A stretch of 64,000 nucleotides of DNA from Christensenellaceae bacterium (GTDB taxonomy: Bacteria; Bacillota; Clostridia; Christensenellales; Borkfalkiaceae). The position numbers and the translations under genes are program-made. The notes beneath the pieces are model-generated. The model was not told where the DNA came from, ran no database searches, and saw only the letters and a list, made by a program, of their open reading frames with translations. This document shows positions 26,545 to 36,771 of this stretch, in pieces (position 1 is the first letter of the stretch; every line of letters begins with the position of its first letter). The stretch lies in NCBI GenBank assembly GCA_045534605.1, contig JAZSKA010000018.1:1175-65174 (forward strand), given 5' to 3'.

Positions 26545-27594
26545 ATGAGTTCGATAGTTTTAACTGGCGGTGGAACGGCTGGCCACGCAATACCAAACCT
26601 TGCAATTTTACCTTATATAAACGATAGTTTCGACAATATTTGCTATATTGGTCGCGAAATTGGAATTGAACGCAATTTATTAGAAAAATACACCGATTAC
26701 TTTTCAATTCCGACAATCAAGTTTAAGCGAAAAATCTGCGCTGATAATTTATTAATTCCTTTTAAACTTTATAAAGCGGTAAAAAAGAGTAAAGAAATTT
26801 TGAAAAAAATAAAACCTAGCGTTATATTTTCAAAAGGCGGATACGTTTCGCTTCCCGTGTGTATAGCAGGAAAACAATTAAAAATTCCAGTTATTTGTCA
26901 CGAGTCTGACTTAACGCTTGGTCTAGCAAATAAATTAACCGCAAAATTTTCAGATAAAGTGTTAACGTCTTATTTTGAAACGGCGCAAAATTTACAAAAC
27001 GGTATATACACGGGCGCACCAATTCGCGAAGGTCTTTTTTACGCAGACAAAAATTTAGCGTTAAGAAAATTTGGATTTAGCGGTCGAAAAAAAGTAATTT
27101 TAATATTCGGCGGTTCAATCGGAAGTCGGTCAATTAACGATTTAACGCGAAAAGTTTTAGACAGACTTTTAGAAAAATATGCAGTCCTTCACATATGTGG
27201 AAATGGTAATAAGTTCACTTATAACACGGAAAACGAGTATTTTCAGGCAGAATTTATCGACGATATGGCAAGTTGTTATCGCGCATGCGACGTTGCCGTT
27301 TCGCGCGGTGGGGCTAACGCACTTTTCGAACTTATGTCGCTTAAAATTCCGTCGCTTATTATACCCTTAGCAAAATCTTCTAGAAACGACCAAGTTGAAA
27401 ACGCCGAATATTTTAAAAAGCGCGGTATGTGTAACGTTGCGTTCGAAAAAAACTTAAACGCAAGTTTTTATTTTCAAGAAATTGAAAAACTTGTAAAAAA
27501 TCAAGATAAAATTAAAACTCGCATTATCGACAATAAAATTCCAATCGGAAATGAAAAAATTTCTGAGATTTTACTCTCTTATGCAAAAAAATGA
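26545..27594 (+). CDS. murG: Undecaprenyldiphospho-muramoylpentapeptide beta-N-acetylglucosaminyltransferase
   Basis: LTGGGTAGHAIPNLA and a C-terminal GT28 domain. The TGA stop lies inside the first linker of repeat element A1. Confidence 0.9.
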   Translation: MSSIVLTGGGTAGHAIPNLAILPYINDSFDNICYIGREIGIERNLLEKYTDYFSIPTIKFKRKICADNLLIPFKLYKAVKKSKEILKKIKPSVIFSKGGYVSLPVCIAGKQLKIPVICHESDLTLGLANKLTAKFSDKVLTSYFETAQNLQNGIYTGAPIREGLFYADKNLALRKFGFSGRKKVILIFGGSIGSRSINDLTRKVLDRLLEKYAVLHICGNGNKFTYNTENEYFQAEFIDDMASCYRACDVAVSRGGANALFELMSLKIPSLIIPLAKSSRNDQVENAEYFKKRGMCNVAFEKNLNASFYFQEIEKLVKNQDKIKTRIIDNKIPIGNEKISEILLSYAKK

Positions 27595-27854
27595 TTTGCA
27601 ACCTTTGGTTGCATGATTTGCTAACAATGTTAGCGTGATTTGCAATCCTTGATTGCATGATTTGAAAAAACAAGTTTTTTCATTGTGGTCGCGAACGCTA
27701 CGCGTTCCGTTATTAAATATGTTATGTTGGCAATTTTTTTAAAAAATCTGCTCGACTTCAATGCAAATCATTTGATTTGCAAATCATGAAAGTTCACTTT
27801 CAAATCATGAGCGACGACAGTTGCTCAAATCATGAAGGCTTGCCTTCAAATCAT
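27591..27854 (+). repeat. Hairpin-array element, family A, copy 1
   Basis: The left arm is 4 x [ATGATTT or GTGATTT + G..C-closed hairpin] at 22-bp period (27591, 27613, 27635, 27657). The unique core is 27682-27762. The right arm is the palindrome gcaaatca/tgatttgc followed by 3 x [hairpin + AAATCAT], ending at 27854. Confidence 0.9.
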
Positions 27855-27878
27855 CTAAAAATATTTTTTAGAAAATAT

Positions 27879-27908
27879 TTGACACACATCTGTCATATTT
27901 GATATTAT
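27879..27908 (+). promoter_or_regulatory. Promoter of the WYL regulator gene
   Basis: TTGACA-18 nt-TATTAT, preceded by TGA (extended -10). Confidence 0.45.
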
Positions 27909-27940
27909 ATAATTGGAAAAACTTAGTTTAGGAGATAATT

Positions 27941-28870
27941 ATGAAATATCAAATACTTATTGAAATTTTATTCTTGCTACTGTCAAGAAAGTCCGTTTCG
28001 GCAAAATATATTGCAGAGCGTTTCGACATTTCTCTACGAACTGCGTATAGATATTTACAAGAAATTGAACTTTGCAATATCCCCGTTATCGCAGAACGCG
28101 GTGCAAGCGGTGGTTTTTCTATTGCAGATACGTTTAAACTACCTGCAAGTTTCCTAACCGAAAGCGAATTTTTGAAATTATCATCTGTAATTAACGCAGT
28201 TGGCGAACAGATTGGTGATGCTAGCGAACTTGAACATATAAAAAACAAGTTATATTGCGCATCAAAAACCGAAAAAGAAAGCAATTTATCTTCATCTCAA
28301 CTTATAATTGACGGTAGCGACTGGTCGGTTGGTAGCAGTTATAAAAACAAATTAAGCGTAATAACACGCGCAATTGACAAGCGGGAAATACTTGAAATTT
28401 CATACCACGACAGAGAAGGCGAAGTTTCGACGCGTATTATCGAACCGCACGCGCTTGCCCTAAAACAAGGTTTATGGTATGCGTATGCATACTGCAGACT
28501 TCGCGAAGATTTTAGACTTTTTAAGATTGGTAGAATTGAGTATGCTAAAGTTTGCGGTAAGTTCGAAATGCGCGAATTTGATGCAAATAATCTTCCTTTT
28601 AACGAGTGGTATAACTCAATAAAGCGCGTTGAGTTTGAATTTGAAGTTGAAAAGTCTGTAAAAAGTGAAGTTGAAGAATGGCTTGGAATTGAAAACGTAC
28701 ATGAGTTAAAATCAGGTAAAATTATTGCAAGCGCGCGACTTCCTTACGATAAAGGACTAGTTTATCAGATTATGAGATTTGGTTCTAAAATTAAAGTGGT
28801 TAAACCTGACTACGTTAAGAAAGAAATTTTAAATTCTGCAAAAGAATTAATAAAATTATACCAAAAATAA
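27941..28870 (+). CDS. HTH-WYL domain transcriptional regulator (YafY family)
   Basis: N-terminal wHTH SAKYIAERFDISLRTAYRYLQEI. WYL region ISYHDREGEVSTRIIEPHALALKQGLWYAYAYCRLREDFRLFKIGRI. Confidence 0.85.
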   Translation: MKYQILIEILFLLLSRKSVSAKYIAERFDISLRTAYRYLQEIELCNIPVIAERGASGGFSIADTFKLPASFLTESEFLKLSSVINAVGEQIGDASELEHIKNKLYCASKTEKESNLSSSQLIIDGSDWSVGSSYKNKLSVITRAIDKREILEISYHDREGEVSTRIIEPHALALKQGLWYAYAYCRLREDFRLFKIGRIEYAKVCGKFEMREFDANNLPFNEWYNSIKRVEFEFEVEKSVKSEVEEWLGIENVHELKSGKIIASARLPYDKGLVYQIMRFGSKIKVVKPDYVKKEILNSAKELIKLYQK

Positions 28871-28950
28871 TTGCTCAAATATGCAAATAACCGCCATATA
28901 GGCGGTTGTTTACGATAAATTAATATATGAACATTTGTTATAAACGTATA

Positions 28951-28980
28951 AAAAACGGATTGCGAACGCAATCCGTTTTA
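28951..28980. terminator. Bidirectional terminator between the WYL gene and dut
   Basis: Stem acggattgcg / cgcaatccgt flanked by an A-run and a T-run. A weaker hairpin aaccgcc/ggcggtt lies at about 28886-28905. Confidence 0.75.
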
Positions 28981-28991
28981 TTCTTTATTCT

Positions 28992-29423
28992 TTAATTCGT
29001 TCCAGTCGAACCAAAACCGCCTGCTCCCCTATCAGTTTCCGTTACTTCGTCAATCATAGTAAACTCTACTTGATAAACAGGGAGAATTACGAGTTGCGCT
29101 ATTCTTTCGCCTTGTTCGATTTGTTGAGTGATTTTAGAGTGATTGTGAACGGCAACCATAACTTCGCCACGATAGTCGCTGTCGATTACGCCAACCTTAT
29201 TTGCAGGAGCGAGACCGCGCTTTAACGCCATACCGCTTCTTGCGAAGATAAAGCCCGCAAAGCCAAGCGGAATTTCAACGGCAAAGCCTGTGCCGATAAG
29301 TTTAGTTTCACCCGGTTCAACCGTTGCACTAGTTACTGCGTGAAGGTCGCAACCTGCAGAATACTCAGTTTGATATTTAGGCAAAATACAATTTTCGTTT
29401 AACTTTTTAATTTTTACTTGCAT
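28992..29423 (-). CDS. dut: dUTP diphosphatase
   Basis: 143 aa with SAGCDL, RSGMALK and GVIDSDYRGE. Confidence 0.93.
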   Translation of the reverse strand: MQVKIKKLNENCILPKYQTEYSAGCDLHAVTSATVEPGETKLIGTGFAVEIPLGFAGFIFARSGMALKRGLAPANKVGVIDSDYRGEVMVAVHNHSKITQQIEQGERIAQLVILPVYQVEFTMIDEVTETDRGAGGFGSTGTN

Positions 29424-29476
29424 AGTTTTTCTATCATAAAAACCGAGATTTTATTCTCGGTTTTTATACTCCTAAA

Positions 29477-31495
29477 TTATTCTTCTTCGGTTTCAGTAAT
29501 TAAATCGCTGTAAGTGTTTTTAAAGTAAGTAACCTTATCTTCGTCGTCTTTGTATTCGTTGATAAGTTTTGACGCTACTTTAGAGATTTCACTTGAAACG
29601 ATAGAGTCGAGTTTTACTTGACGGTAGTTGTAAGCAAGCGTATCTTCAACTTTTAAGTCAGCCATAAATTGAGTTTTTGATGCGTCGCTTATATCGTAAG
29701 TCGTTTCAACGAGTTTAGTACAAATAATTACGTGGTAACCATAGTCAGTTAATACCGTTGTGTAAGCGCCAACGCCTTTTTCAACTACTGCCTTAGAAGC
29801 CTTTTCAAACTCTTCAACGTAAGTGTGAGTGTATGGCGAATACAAATATCCGTATTCTTTACCTAAGCAACCAGTGTCGGTGCTAAACGCGTACATAAGT
29901 TCGTTAAACTTATCAAAAATTTCTTCAGAATAAGTAACGCTACCGATAGTCGTTTCGTTGTTTTCTTCGAAATATATTTCAGCAATTCCAGTGTTTGGAG
30001 TGATATAGTCTGCGAATAAGTCAGTCATTAATATTTCGTTTGCGATAACGTTAGCGAACGACCAAGTAGTTTGATCAACGCCGTTTTCGTCTTTTTCAGT
30101 AATGCCGTCTTCGCCACCTTTTCTTACGATAACTTCTCCGATAAAGTCGTTCAAAGTTTCAATTTCAGCGTTTCTGTAATCTTTATCAAAAGTAAAGGTT
30201 TTGCTATCCTTATTATATTTACCGTAACTTGAGTAAACCCAAGATTCTCTTTGGTCCTTAGCAACGATATTAGATGCTAACTGCTCTCTGTATGCTAGAA
30301 CGTCGTTTTCCGTAATACCTGCTTCGGCTTTCTTTTCGTCTAGTGAAGCAGTTTGTTCATCGCTGAACGGAACTAATAAATTGAGAACGTATCCGTAGTT
30401 ATCAAACGGATTGTATAAAACGAAAGACGTATCGCTTGCTGCGTCGAGTGCAGATTCGTAAGATGCGATATTATTTTTGTAAAGTGCTTCTTGGTTTTGG
30501 TATTCTTTAACGTATTCTTCCCAAATACCGTCGTCGGTAAGTTTTGCTTCAGTTTCAGCATTAAGAGATTCTTCGTACTTAGCAACGATAACGTTTTCGA
30601 TAAGTTGCTTAGTCATTTCTTGGAAATAACTGTAATTAAGAACGTTATCAGAGTTTGCGATATCGTGAGATTCGGTGCTTAAAATCAAGCCCGTATCTTT
30701 TAAGAAAGTTAAAAGTTCGCTGAACGCTTTCTTCTTTTTGTTGTTTGAGATATCAATTTTATAAGCATTATAAACTGCCATATCAAGTTCGTAAACGTTT
30801 GCTTTAGAACTTGCGTCGTCACCGATAACGAGCGCGGCAATCTTAATTTCGTCTTCAGTTGGGGCATCCGCTTTTAGTTCGGTTTCATCTCTACCTGAAT
30901 TATCTTCAACAATTGGAGAAACTCTGTCCGCTACGCTTACGTTTTCCTTTTCGACGGCGTCTTCTTCGTCGTCTTCTTCGTAAGACTTGATAAGGTCGTT
31001 TACGTTTTTACGAGTTTCGTACATAACTTGAGCGTATTCGTACTCAGTAAGATAATTCTTAAGGTTTTCGATTTCGCCACTTTGTGGATTGATTGATTTG
31101 CCACCAGCGAGCGCGTTTGCCTTAAAATATTCTTCAAACTCAGTTAATCCCGTGTCCTTAGTTAAAAGACCGTTGTAAGTTTCGCTGAGAGAAACTCTTG
31201 CTTGTTGAACGACTATTCTGTTGGCAACAAGGTTATCTAAAACCACTTGGTAGGCTTGACTCGTTGTATAGCCGTAATATTGAACGTATTGATAACCGTA
31301 AGAAACGAACCCTGCGTTGAGTTCTTTTTTCTTAACCGATTCAGCGTCAACGCTATCGCTAACTTTAACGGAAGCAATAACTTGATCCATATCTCTGTCA
31401 GTATTTACGGTAATCCAATCGCACGATGCGCAAATACTTAGTACCAACGCGAGCGATAAAGCAAGCGAAAGGATTTTTGCAACAATCTTTTTCAT
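29477..31495 (-). CDS. Secreted or lipid-anchored parvulin-type peptidyl-prolyl isomerase (PrsA/SurA-like), long form
   Basis: Signal peptide with Cys (LVLSICASC). C-terminal parvulin signature TVLTDYGYHVIICTK. Positioned downstream of mfd, as in other Firmicutes. Confidence 0.65.
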   Translation of the reverse strand: MKKIVAKILSLALSLALVLSICASCDWITVNTDRDMDQVIASVKVSDSVDAESVKKKELNAGFVSYGYQYVQYYGYTTSQAYQVVLDNLVANRIVVQQARVSLSETYNGLLTKDTGLTEFEEYFKANALAGGKSINPQSGEIENLKNYLTEYEYAQVMYETRKNVNDLIKSYEEDDEEDAVEKENVSVADRVSPIVEDNSGRDETELKADAPTEDEIKIAALVIGDDASSKANVYELDMAVYNAYKIDISNNKKKKAFSELLTFLKDTGLILSTESHDIANSDNVLNYSYFQEMTKQLIENVIVAKYEESLNAETEAKLTDDGIWEEYVKEYQNQEALYKNNIASYESALDAASDTSFVLYNPFDNYGYVLNLLVPFSDEQTASLDEKKAEAGITENDVLAYREQLASNIVAKDQRESWVYSSYGKYNKDSKTFTFDKDYRNAEIETLNDFIGEVIVRKGGEDGITEKDENGVDQTTWSFANVIANEILMTDLFADYITPNTGIAEIYFEENNETTIGSVTYSEEIFDKFNELMYAFSTDTGCLGKEYGYLYSPYTHTYVEEFEKASKAVVEKGVGAYTTVLTDYGYHVIICTKLVETTYDISDASKTQFMADLKVEDTLAYNYRQVKLDSIVSSEISKVASKLINEYKDDEDKVTYFKNTYSDLITETEEE

Positions 31496-31570
31496 ATAAA
31501 TCTCCTAAGTCGTAAAATCATAGAGTAAATTTCAAATGCGTGTGGGCATACTACCCAAACTTTATATATT

Positions 31571-31599
31571 ATTATACTAAACAAGCGAATATATTGCAA
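31571..31599 (-). promoter_or_regulatory. Promoter of the PrsA-like gene
   Basis: Minus strand reads TTGCAA-17 nt-TATAAT. Confidence 0.45.
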
Positions 31600-31628
31600 G
31601 GCTTTTTCACCAGTTTTTTTACGGATTT

Positions 31629-34600
31629 TTAATTTTTAACTGAAAAATGCAAAAATTCCGTCATAAGTGACAGCGTTTTTTCGCTACTTGCTTGTAAAGT
31701 GAAAGAAATTTTCGGCAAATCTTCAAACGAAAGCACTGAAAAAGATGAAAACTGTTCAAGCGCGTCTTGAATTCCGCCACCTATTTTAGATAAATCGGAA
31801 ACCGTCATATACGCTTGATTTTTTGATAGCACTATCTTTACGACGCTTTTTCTCTGCGCATAACTTTTGATAAGCGCGATATCCAAAAGATTTTCCACTT
31901 CTTTCGGAACTTTTCCGTAAACTTCTTCGATATCCGAATAAATCAAGTCGCGTTCAGATTCAGTTTTAATCTCGCTAATTTTCTTGTACCAATCAAGCCT
32001 TTGCGACGAAACTTCGATATAATCTTCAGGAATAAACGCGTCCATTCTGATATCTAGTTCCGTTTCAAAATCTTTTGTAATCTCGCCAAGTTGTTCTTTT
32101 AAAAGTTTCGAATAAAGTTCGTAACCGATTTTATCCATATGCCCGTGCTGTTCGCGACCTAAAACGTTACCAGCCCCGCGAATTTCTAAATCGCGCATAG
32201 CAATCTTATAACCACTTCCTAGTTCAGTGTGTTCCATAAGCGCGCTAAGTCGTTTGTACGCCGTTTCGCTTAACACTTTATCTTGCTTATAGGTAAAGTA
32301 CGCGTGCGCCATTTTGTCAGATCTACCAACTCTACCCTTTAATTGATAGAGAGTGAAAAGCCCCAAGTTATCCGCATCAATAACGATAAGGGTATTAGCC
32401 GTCGGAAGGTCTATTCCGTTCTCGATAATAGTCGTTGAAACGAGCACGTTTTTTTCGCCCGAATAGAAACTCATAATACTGTCTTCAAGTTGCCGTTTTG
32501 GCATTTTACCGTGTCCGACGACGACTTTTGCTTCTTTAATCAAGTCTTGAACGTGACTTGCAAACTGGTAAATTTTGTCGACTCGGTTATAGAGAATAAA
32601 GACTTGTCCACCGCGCGAAAGTTCGCGAGTAACGGCGTCTTTAATAAGAACGTCACTTTCTTCAACCACGTACGCCTGAACTGGAATTCTGTTCGTTGGC
32701 GGAGTGTTGATTAAACTTATATCTCTAATCCCCGAAAGGGACATATGAAGAGTTCTTGGAATAGGCGTTGCCGTCATCGTCAGCGTGTCAACGTTGCTTT
32801 TTAAAACACGCAATTTTTCTTTATGCTCAACGCCAAAGCACTGTTCTTCGTCTAAAACCAAAAGTCCTAAATCTTTGAACTTTACTTCTTCAGAAAAGAG
32901 TTTGTGCGTGCCTATTACGATATCAATATCCCCGTTTTTCAGCCCTTCAATTACCGCCTTTGATTTCTGCGCCGTGCAAAATCTGTTAAGTATCGCAATT
33001 CTAACACCAAATCCGTCAAAGCGTTTCAGCGCCGTTTCATAATGTTGTTGAGTTAAAATGGTGGTAGGTGCGACTATTGCAACCTGCTTTCCGTCCATAA
33101 CCGCTTTAAACGAAGCCCTTAAGGCAACTTCAGTTTTACCAAAACCAACGTCACCGCACAAGAGTCTATCCATAACCTTGTCGCTTTCCATATCTTTTTT
33201 AATTTCAGCAATAGATTGAAGTTGATCTTCGGTCTCGTCAAATTCGAAAGCGTCGTCAAACTCTTTAGATAGTTCGTTGTCGGGCGAAAATCTAAAGCCT
33301 TTTTTAGTTGCGCGGTCGTTGTAGAGTTTTTTAAGATTAATTTTCATTTCCGCGATGGATGCGCGAACTTTTTCTTTTAACTTTTCAAACTCTACCCCAC
33401 CGATTTTCGAAAGTTTAGGCGTTTTATCTCCACCCAAATACTTCGTCAATCTATCCATATTTTCGACGGGAACGTACAGTAAATCGCCACCTAAATACTC
33501 GATAGCAATATAATCTTTCGTTCCTTCGGTCGTGGAAATTCTTTCTGTTCCTAAAACGCGACCGATACCGTGTTTTTCGTGAACGGCAAAGTCACCAACG
33601 TTTGGTGCAGAAAAAGTATCTTTTCTTCTTGACTTAATTTTCTTTTCTCTTACGCCGACGAACAAATCGCACGAGCCGATTACCACCGTCTTAGCGCCGT
33701 GCAAAATAAAACCGTTCGATAAATAGTCGCTAGTTACGTAAATTCCAGGGAAATCACTAGGCTCGCGAGTTCTGACCGCGACAAGCCCTTGTGCGGAAAT
33801 ATCTCTTGCAACTCTGTCTGCTCTATCATCGGTTGCACACATAATAATCGCTCTATAGCCCGCTCTTTGCCAACTTTTCAAGTCGGTAAAGAGTTCGTCA
33901 GGCTTAAGCGCGTATCTTCTTAGCGAGCCTACGTTCAGCCTTGCGGTTTTAAGCGGAGTAAACAGTGGAACGGAAGTTGTCAGCGTTTGTAAACTTACTC
34001 TCTCGCGCTCGTTTATAAGAGAAATAAGTCTTTCTCTGTCGTAAAAATGGCGCATAGAAAAATCGAAAGCCTGCCCTGCTTGCGACAAAGAATTTATTCT
34101 TTCAACGTGTTCACGGATATTTGCGTCTAAATTGTCCGCGCAAAGTTTACACTCGTCGTAAACTACCGCAAAACTTTTATCGACGTAATCAAAAATTCCG
34201 TTTTCTGCATAATCAAGAAGTGGCGCAATAAAGGATAGCGACGGGTTTACCGCGTCAGAATCAATTATCTCTTTTAACTCGTCACAAATTTGTTTTGCCT
34301 TGGTTCTTGCAAGTAGTACACCGTACTTTTTTAAACTTTCGTCAAGTTGTTTTTTTACGCTTTCTTTATTTTCGCAACTGTAAAAATCTGACGCACTAAT
34401 TAATGTAAACGAGCGGACTTCTTCGCCCGATTTTTGCAAATAAGCGTCGTATAGGCGTATTTTTTCAAGTTCGTCACCAAAAAAGTCACATCTAAAAGCC
34501 GTGTCAGAATTGATAGGATAAACGTCTAAAATATCACCGCGAAGTGAAAATTCACCCTTGTTTTCAACAAACTCAACCCTGCTGTAACCAAGTTTAGTCA

Positions 34601-35036
34601 AATCTTTTAACACCGTGCCAAGCGGATATTCGTTGCTTATTTTATAAGTCCTTTCTTCGACTTTTTTTGGAAATAACTGTAAAAGTGACTCAAAAGTACA
34701 AGTTATAAAACTTGCGCCCTTTTCAATTTCGTATAGCGCAGAAAGTCTTTTATAAGTGCTTTCCTTATTGAAAGCGCGTTTAAACAATAAAACGTCGTCT
34801 TTCGGTGGAAGATATACGCAAGCTTTACCGGTAAGCGCCTGCAATTCTTCTTGTGCGCGCTGGGCTTTTACGCTATCTTTACAGATATAAATTGCCTTGT
34901 CGAAAAGGTGCGCCGAAAGCGCAAATTTAAGCGGGTCTGAAACGCCAAATACCGCAGTCGGAATTAAACTGCGGGTATAGGTTTCAAGATTTTTTATCTC
35001 TTGGTCATTATTTAATTTTATATATTCTGTCAACAT
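31629..35036 (-). CDS. mfd: Transcription-repair coupling factor
   Basis: 1135 aa with CGDVGFGKTEVALRA, LLVLDEEQCFGV and a CarD-like domain FAVHEKHGIGRV. Confidence 0.96.
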   Translation of the reverse strand: MLTEYIKLNNDQEIKNLETYTRSLIPTAVFGVSDPLKFALSAHLFDKAIYICKDSVKAQRAQEELQALTGKACVYLPPKDDVLLFKRAFNKESTYKRLSALYEIEKGASFITCTFESLLQLFPKKVEERTYKISNEYPLGTVLKDLTKLGYSRVEFVENKGEFSLRGDILDVYPINSDTAFRCDFFGDELEKIRLYDAYLQKSGEEVRSFTLISASDFYSCENKESVKKQLDESLKKYGVLLARTKAKQICDELKEIIDSDAVNPSLSFIAPLLDYAENGIFDYVDKSFAVVYDECKLCADNLDANIREHVERINSLSQAGQAFDFSMRHFYDRERLISLINERERVSLQTLTTSVPLFTPLKTARLNVGSLRRYALKPDELFTDLKSWQRAGYRAIIMCATDDRADRVARDISAQGLVAVRTREPSDFPGIYVTSDYLSNGFILHGAKTVVIGSCDLFVGVREKKIKSRRKDTFSAPNVGDFAVHEKHGIGRVLGTERISTTEGTKDYIAIEYLGGDLLYVPVENMDRLTKYLGGDKTPKLSKIGGVEFEKLKEKVRASIAEMKINLKKLYNDRATKKGFRFSPDNELSKEFDDAFEFDETEDQLQSIAEIKKDMESDKVMDRLLCGDVGFGKTEVALRASFKAVMDGKQVAIVAPTTILTQQHYETALKRFDGFGVRIAILNRFCTAQKSKAVIEGLKNGDIDIVIGTHKLFSEEVKFKDLGLLVLDEEQCFGVEHKEKLRVLKSNVDTLTMTATPIPRTLHMSLSGIRDISLINTPPTNRIPVQAYVVEESDVLIKDAVTRELSRGGQVFILYNRVDKIYQFASHVQDLIKEAKVVVGHGKMPKRQLEDSIMSFYSGEKNVLVSTTIIENGIDLPTANTLIVIDADNLGLFTLYQLKGRVGRSDKMAHAYFTYKQDKVLSETAYKRLSALMEHTELGSGYKIAMRDLEIRGAGNVLGREQHGHMDKIGYELYSKLLKEQLGEITKDFETELDIRMDAFIPEDYIEVSSQRLDWYKKISEIKTESERDLIYSDIEEVYGKVPKEVENLLDIALIKSYAQRKSVVKIVLSKNQAYMTVSDLSKIGGGIQDALEQFSSFSVLSFEDLPKISFTLQASSEKTLSLMTEFLHFSVKN

Positions 35037-35079
35037 AGTTTCAGTAAAAACCGCCGTATAAAGCGGTTATTTAAACAAA

Positions 35080-35655
35080 TTACTGTTTTTTGGCGTTAAA
35101 TTTACACATAATTTTTTCGCCGTCAAGCCCTTTTATAAAGTCAACCGAAAGGTCGCAACACAACTTGCAAGCATCTAAAATTACTTCTTTTCTATCCCCT
35201 ACGATTTTAGATAGAACGTAGTCTATCGTAGGAATTTGTGGGTTATCTTTTTTGATACCAATCCTAGCGCGAGAAAACTCGCCCGAGCCAATTTCTTGCA
35301 AAATATTTCTCATTCCGTTATGCGTTCCTGCCGAGCCGTTTTTTCTAAATCTTATATTTCCAACGTCTAAGTCTAGGTCGTCGAAAATAACGAGTAAATC
35401 GTCAAGACTTGCTTTATAGAAGTTTAATACCGCCCTTACGCTTTCACCGCTTAAGTTCATATAAGTTTGCGGTTTTACGATGATTACTTTTTCGCCACCC
35501 ATAAAACACTCTGCAATAAGCGCAAGCATTTTTGACTTTAATAAAAATTTTGCGCCGAGTTTGTCAGCGAGCATATCAACCGCAATAAATCCAACGTTAT
35601 GGTACGTATTTTCGTATTTTGCGCCTGGATTTCCGAGTCCTACGATAATTTTCAT
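35080..35655 (-). CDS. pth: Peptidyl-tRNA hydrolase
   Basis: IVGLGNPGAKYENTYHNVGF and GTHNGMRN. Confidence 0.95.
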   Translation of the reverse strand: MKIIVGLGNPGAKYENTYHNVGFIAVDMLADKLGAKFLLKSKMLALIAECFMGGEKVIIVKPQTYMNLSGESVRAVLNFYKASLDDLLVIFDDLDLDVGNIRFRKNGSAGTHNGMRNILQEIGSGEFSRARIGIKKDNPQIPTIDYVLSKIVGDRKEVILDACKLCCDLSVDFIKGLDGEKIMCKFNAKKQ

Positions 35656-35673
35656 AATACACCCTAAAATTTG

Positions 35674-35703
35674 AAAAACTATCCTTTAATTTTAGGATAG
35701 TTT
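35674..35703 (-). terminator. Intrinsic terminator after prs
   Basis: Stem aaactatcct / aggatagttt, with a T-run on the minus strand. Confidence 0.65.
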
Positions 35704-35715
35704 CTCTCAAGTAGA

Positions 35716-36663
35716 TTAATTATAAATATCAGACATCTTTCTGTCGAGATAGATGTTTTCGATAGCCTTTGCTAAAAGTTTAGCAACTGACAAGACTTCG
35801 ATTTTATCAATTTTCTTATCTTCTGGTAATTGAATAGTGTCTAAACAAACGAGTTTTTCGATACAAGAGTTTTGAATTCTTTCAATCGCTGGGCCTGAAA
35901 GTACCGCGTGAGTACAGCAAGCGTAAACGTGAGCTGCGCCGTTTTTCTTGATTGCTTCTGCACCTAAAACGATAGTTCCTGCGGTATCGATCATATCGTC
36001 AACTAATAGACAAGTTTTACCTTTAACGTCACCGATAATATTCATAATTTCAACTTGGTTAGCGCGTGGTCTACGCTTGTCGATAATAGCGATTGGGCAG
36101 TTAAGTTTAGTTGCTGCCGCTCTTGCTCTACCAACGCTACCAAGGTCAGGAGAAACTACTACGAAATCTTCGCTAGCGTAGTTTTTGAAGTGTCTATATA
36201 AACTTGGTCCGCCAACTAAGTGGTCGAGCGGAATATTGAAAAAGCCTTGAATTTGTGATGCGTGAAGATCAACCGTCAAAACACGGTCAGCCCCAGCGGT
36301 AGTAATTAAGTCCGCTACGAGTTTAGCAGTAATCGGATCTCTTGGCTTAGCCTTTCTGTCTTGACGAGCATAGCCAAAGTAAGGAATAACTGCGGTAATT
36401 CTACCCGCACTTGCTCTTCTAGCCGCGTCAATCATAACCAAAAGTTCCATAAGGCTTTCGTTTACCGGACAAGACGTAGATTGAATTAAGAATACGTCTC
36501 TACCACGAACGGTTTCGTTGATATGAACGCTCGTTTCCCCGTCAGAGAAATGTCCAACTTCAATACTTGACAAACTTACGCCTAAGTGTTTGCAAATTGC
36601 TTCTGCGAGCGGTTTGTTAGAATTTCCACTGAAAACCTTAATTTCCGTACTGTGTGTAATCAA
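35716..36663 (-). CDS. prs: Ribose-phosphate pyrophosphokinase
   Basis: 315 aa with [13 protein letters not shown] and the PRPP-binding loop [11 protein letters not shown]. Confidence 0.96.
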   Translation of the reverse strand: MITHSTEIKVFSGNSNKPLAEAICKHLGVSLSSIEVGHFSDGETSVHINETVRGRDVFLIQSTSCPVNESLMELLVMIDAARRASAGRITAVIPYFGYARQDRKAKPRDPITAKLVADLITTAGADRVLTVDLHASQIQGFFNIPLDHLVGGPSLYRHFKNYASEDFVVVSPDLGSVGRARAAATKLNCPIAIIDKRRPRANQVEIMNIIGDVKGKTCLLVDDMIDTAGTIVLGAEAIKKNGAAHVYACCTHAVLSGPAIERIQNSCIEKLVCLDTIQLPEDKKIDKIEVLSVAKLLAKAIENIYLDRKMSDIYN

Positions 36664-36771
36664 AACTTCTTCCTCCTAGTAAATCACAAAAGTGTTTAAA
36701 AGCATTTAAGCATATATATAATATATAATTTATTTATTTTAGTCAAATTAAAAACAATCAAAAAATGAAAA

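Noticed and set aside
27591-27854. Possible CRISPR array (regularly spaced repeats)
   Set aside because: The repeat unit is only 7-9 nt. The spacers are 13-20-nt self-complementary hairpins, and the two arms are mirror images. No cas genes are in the window. The pattern does not fit CRISPR.
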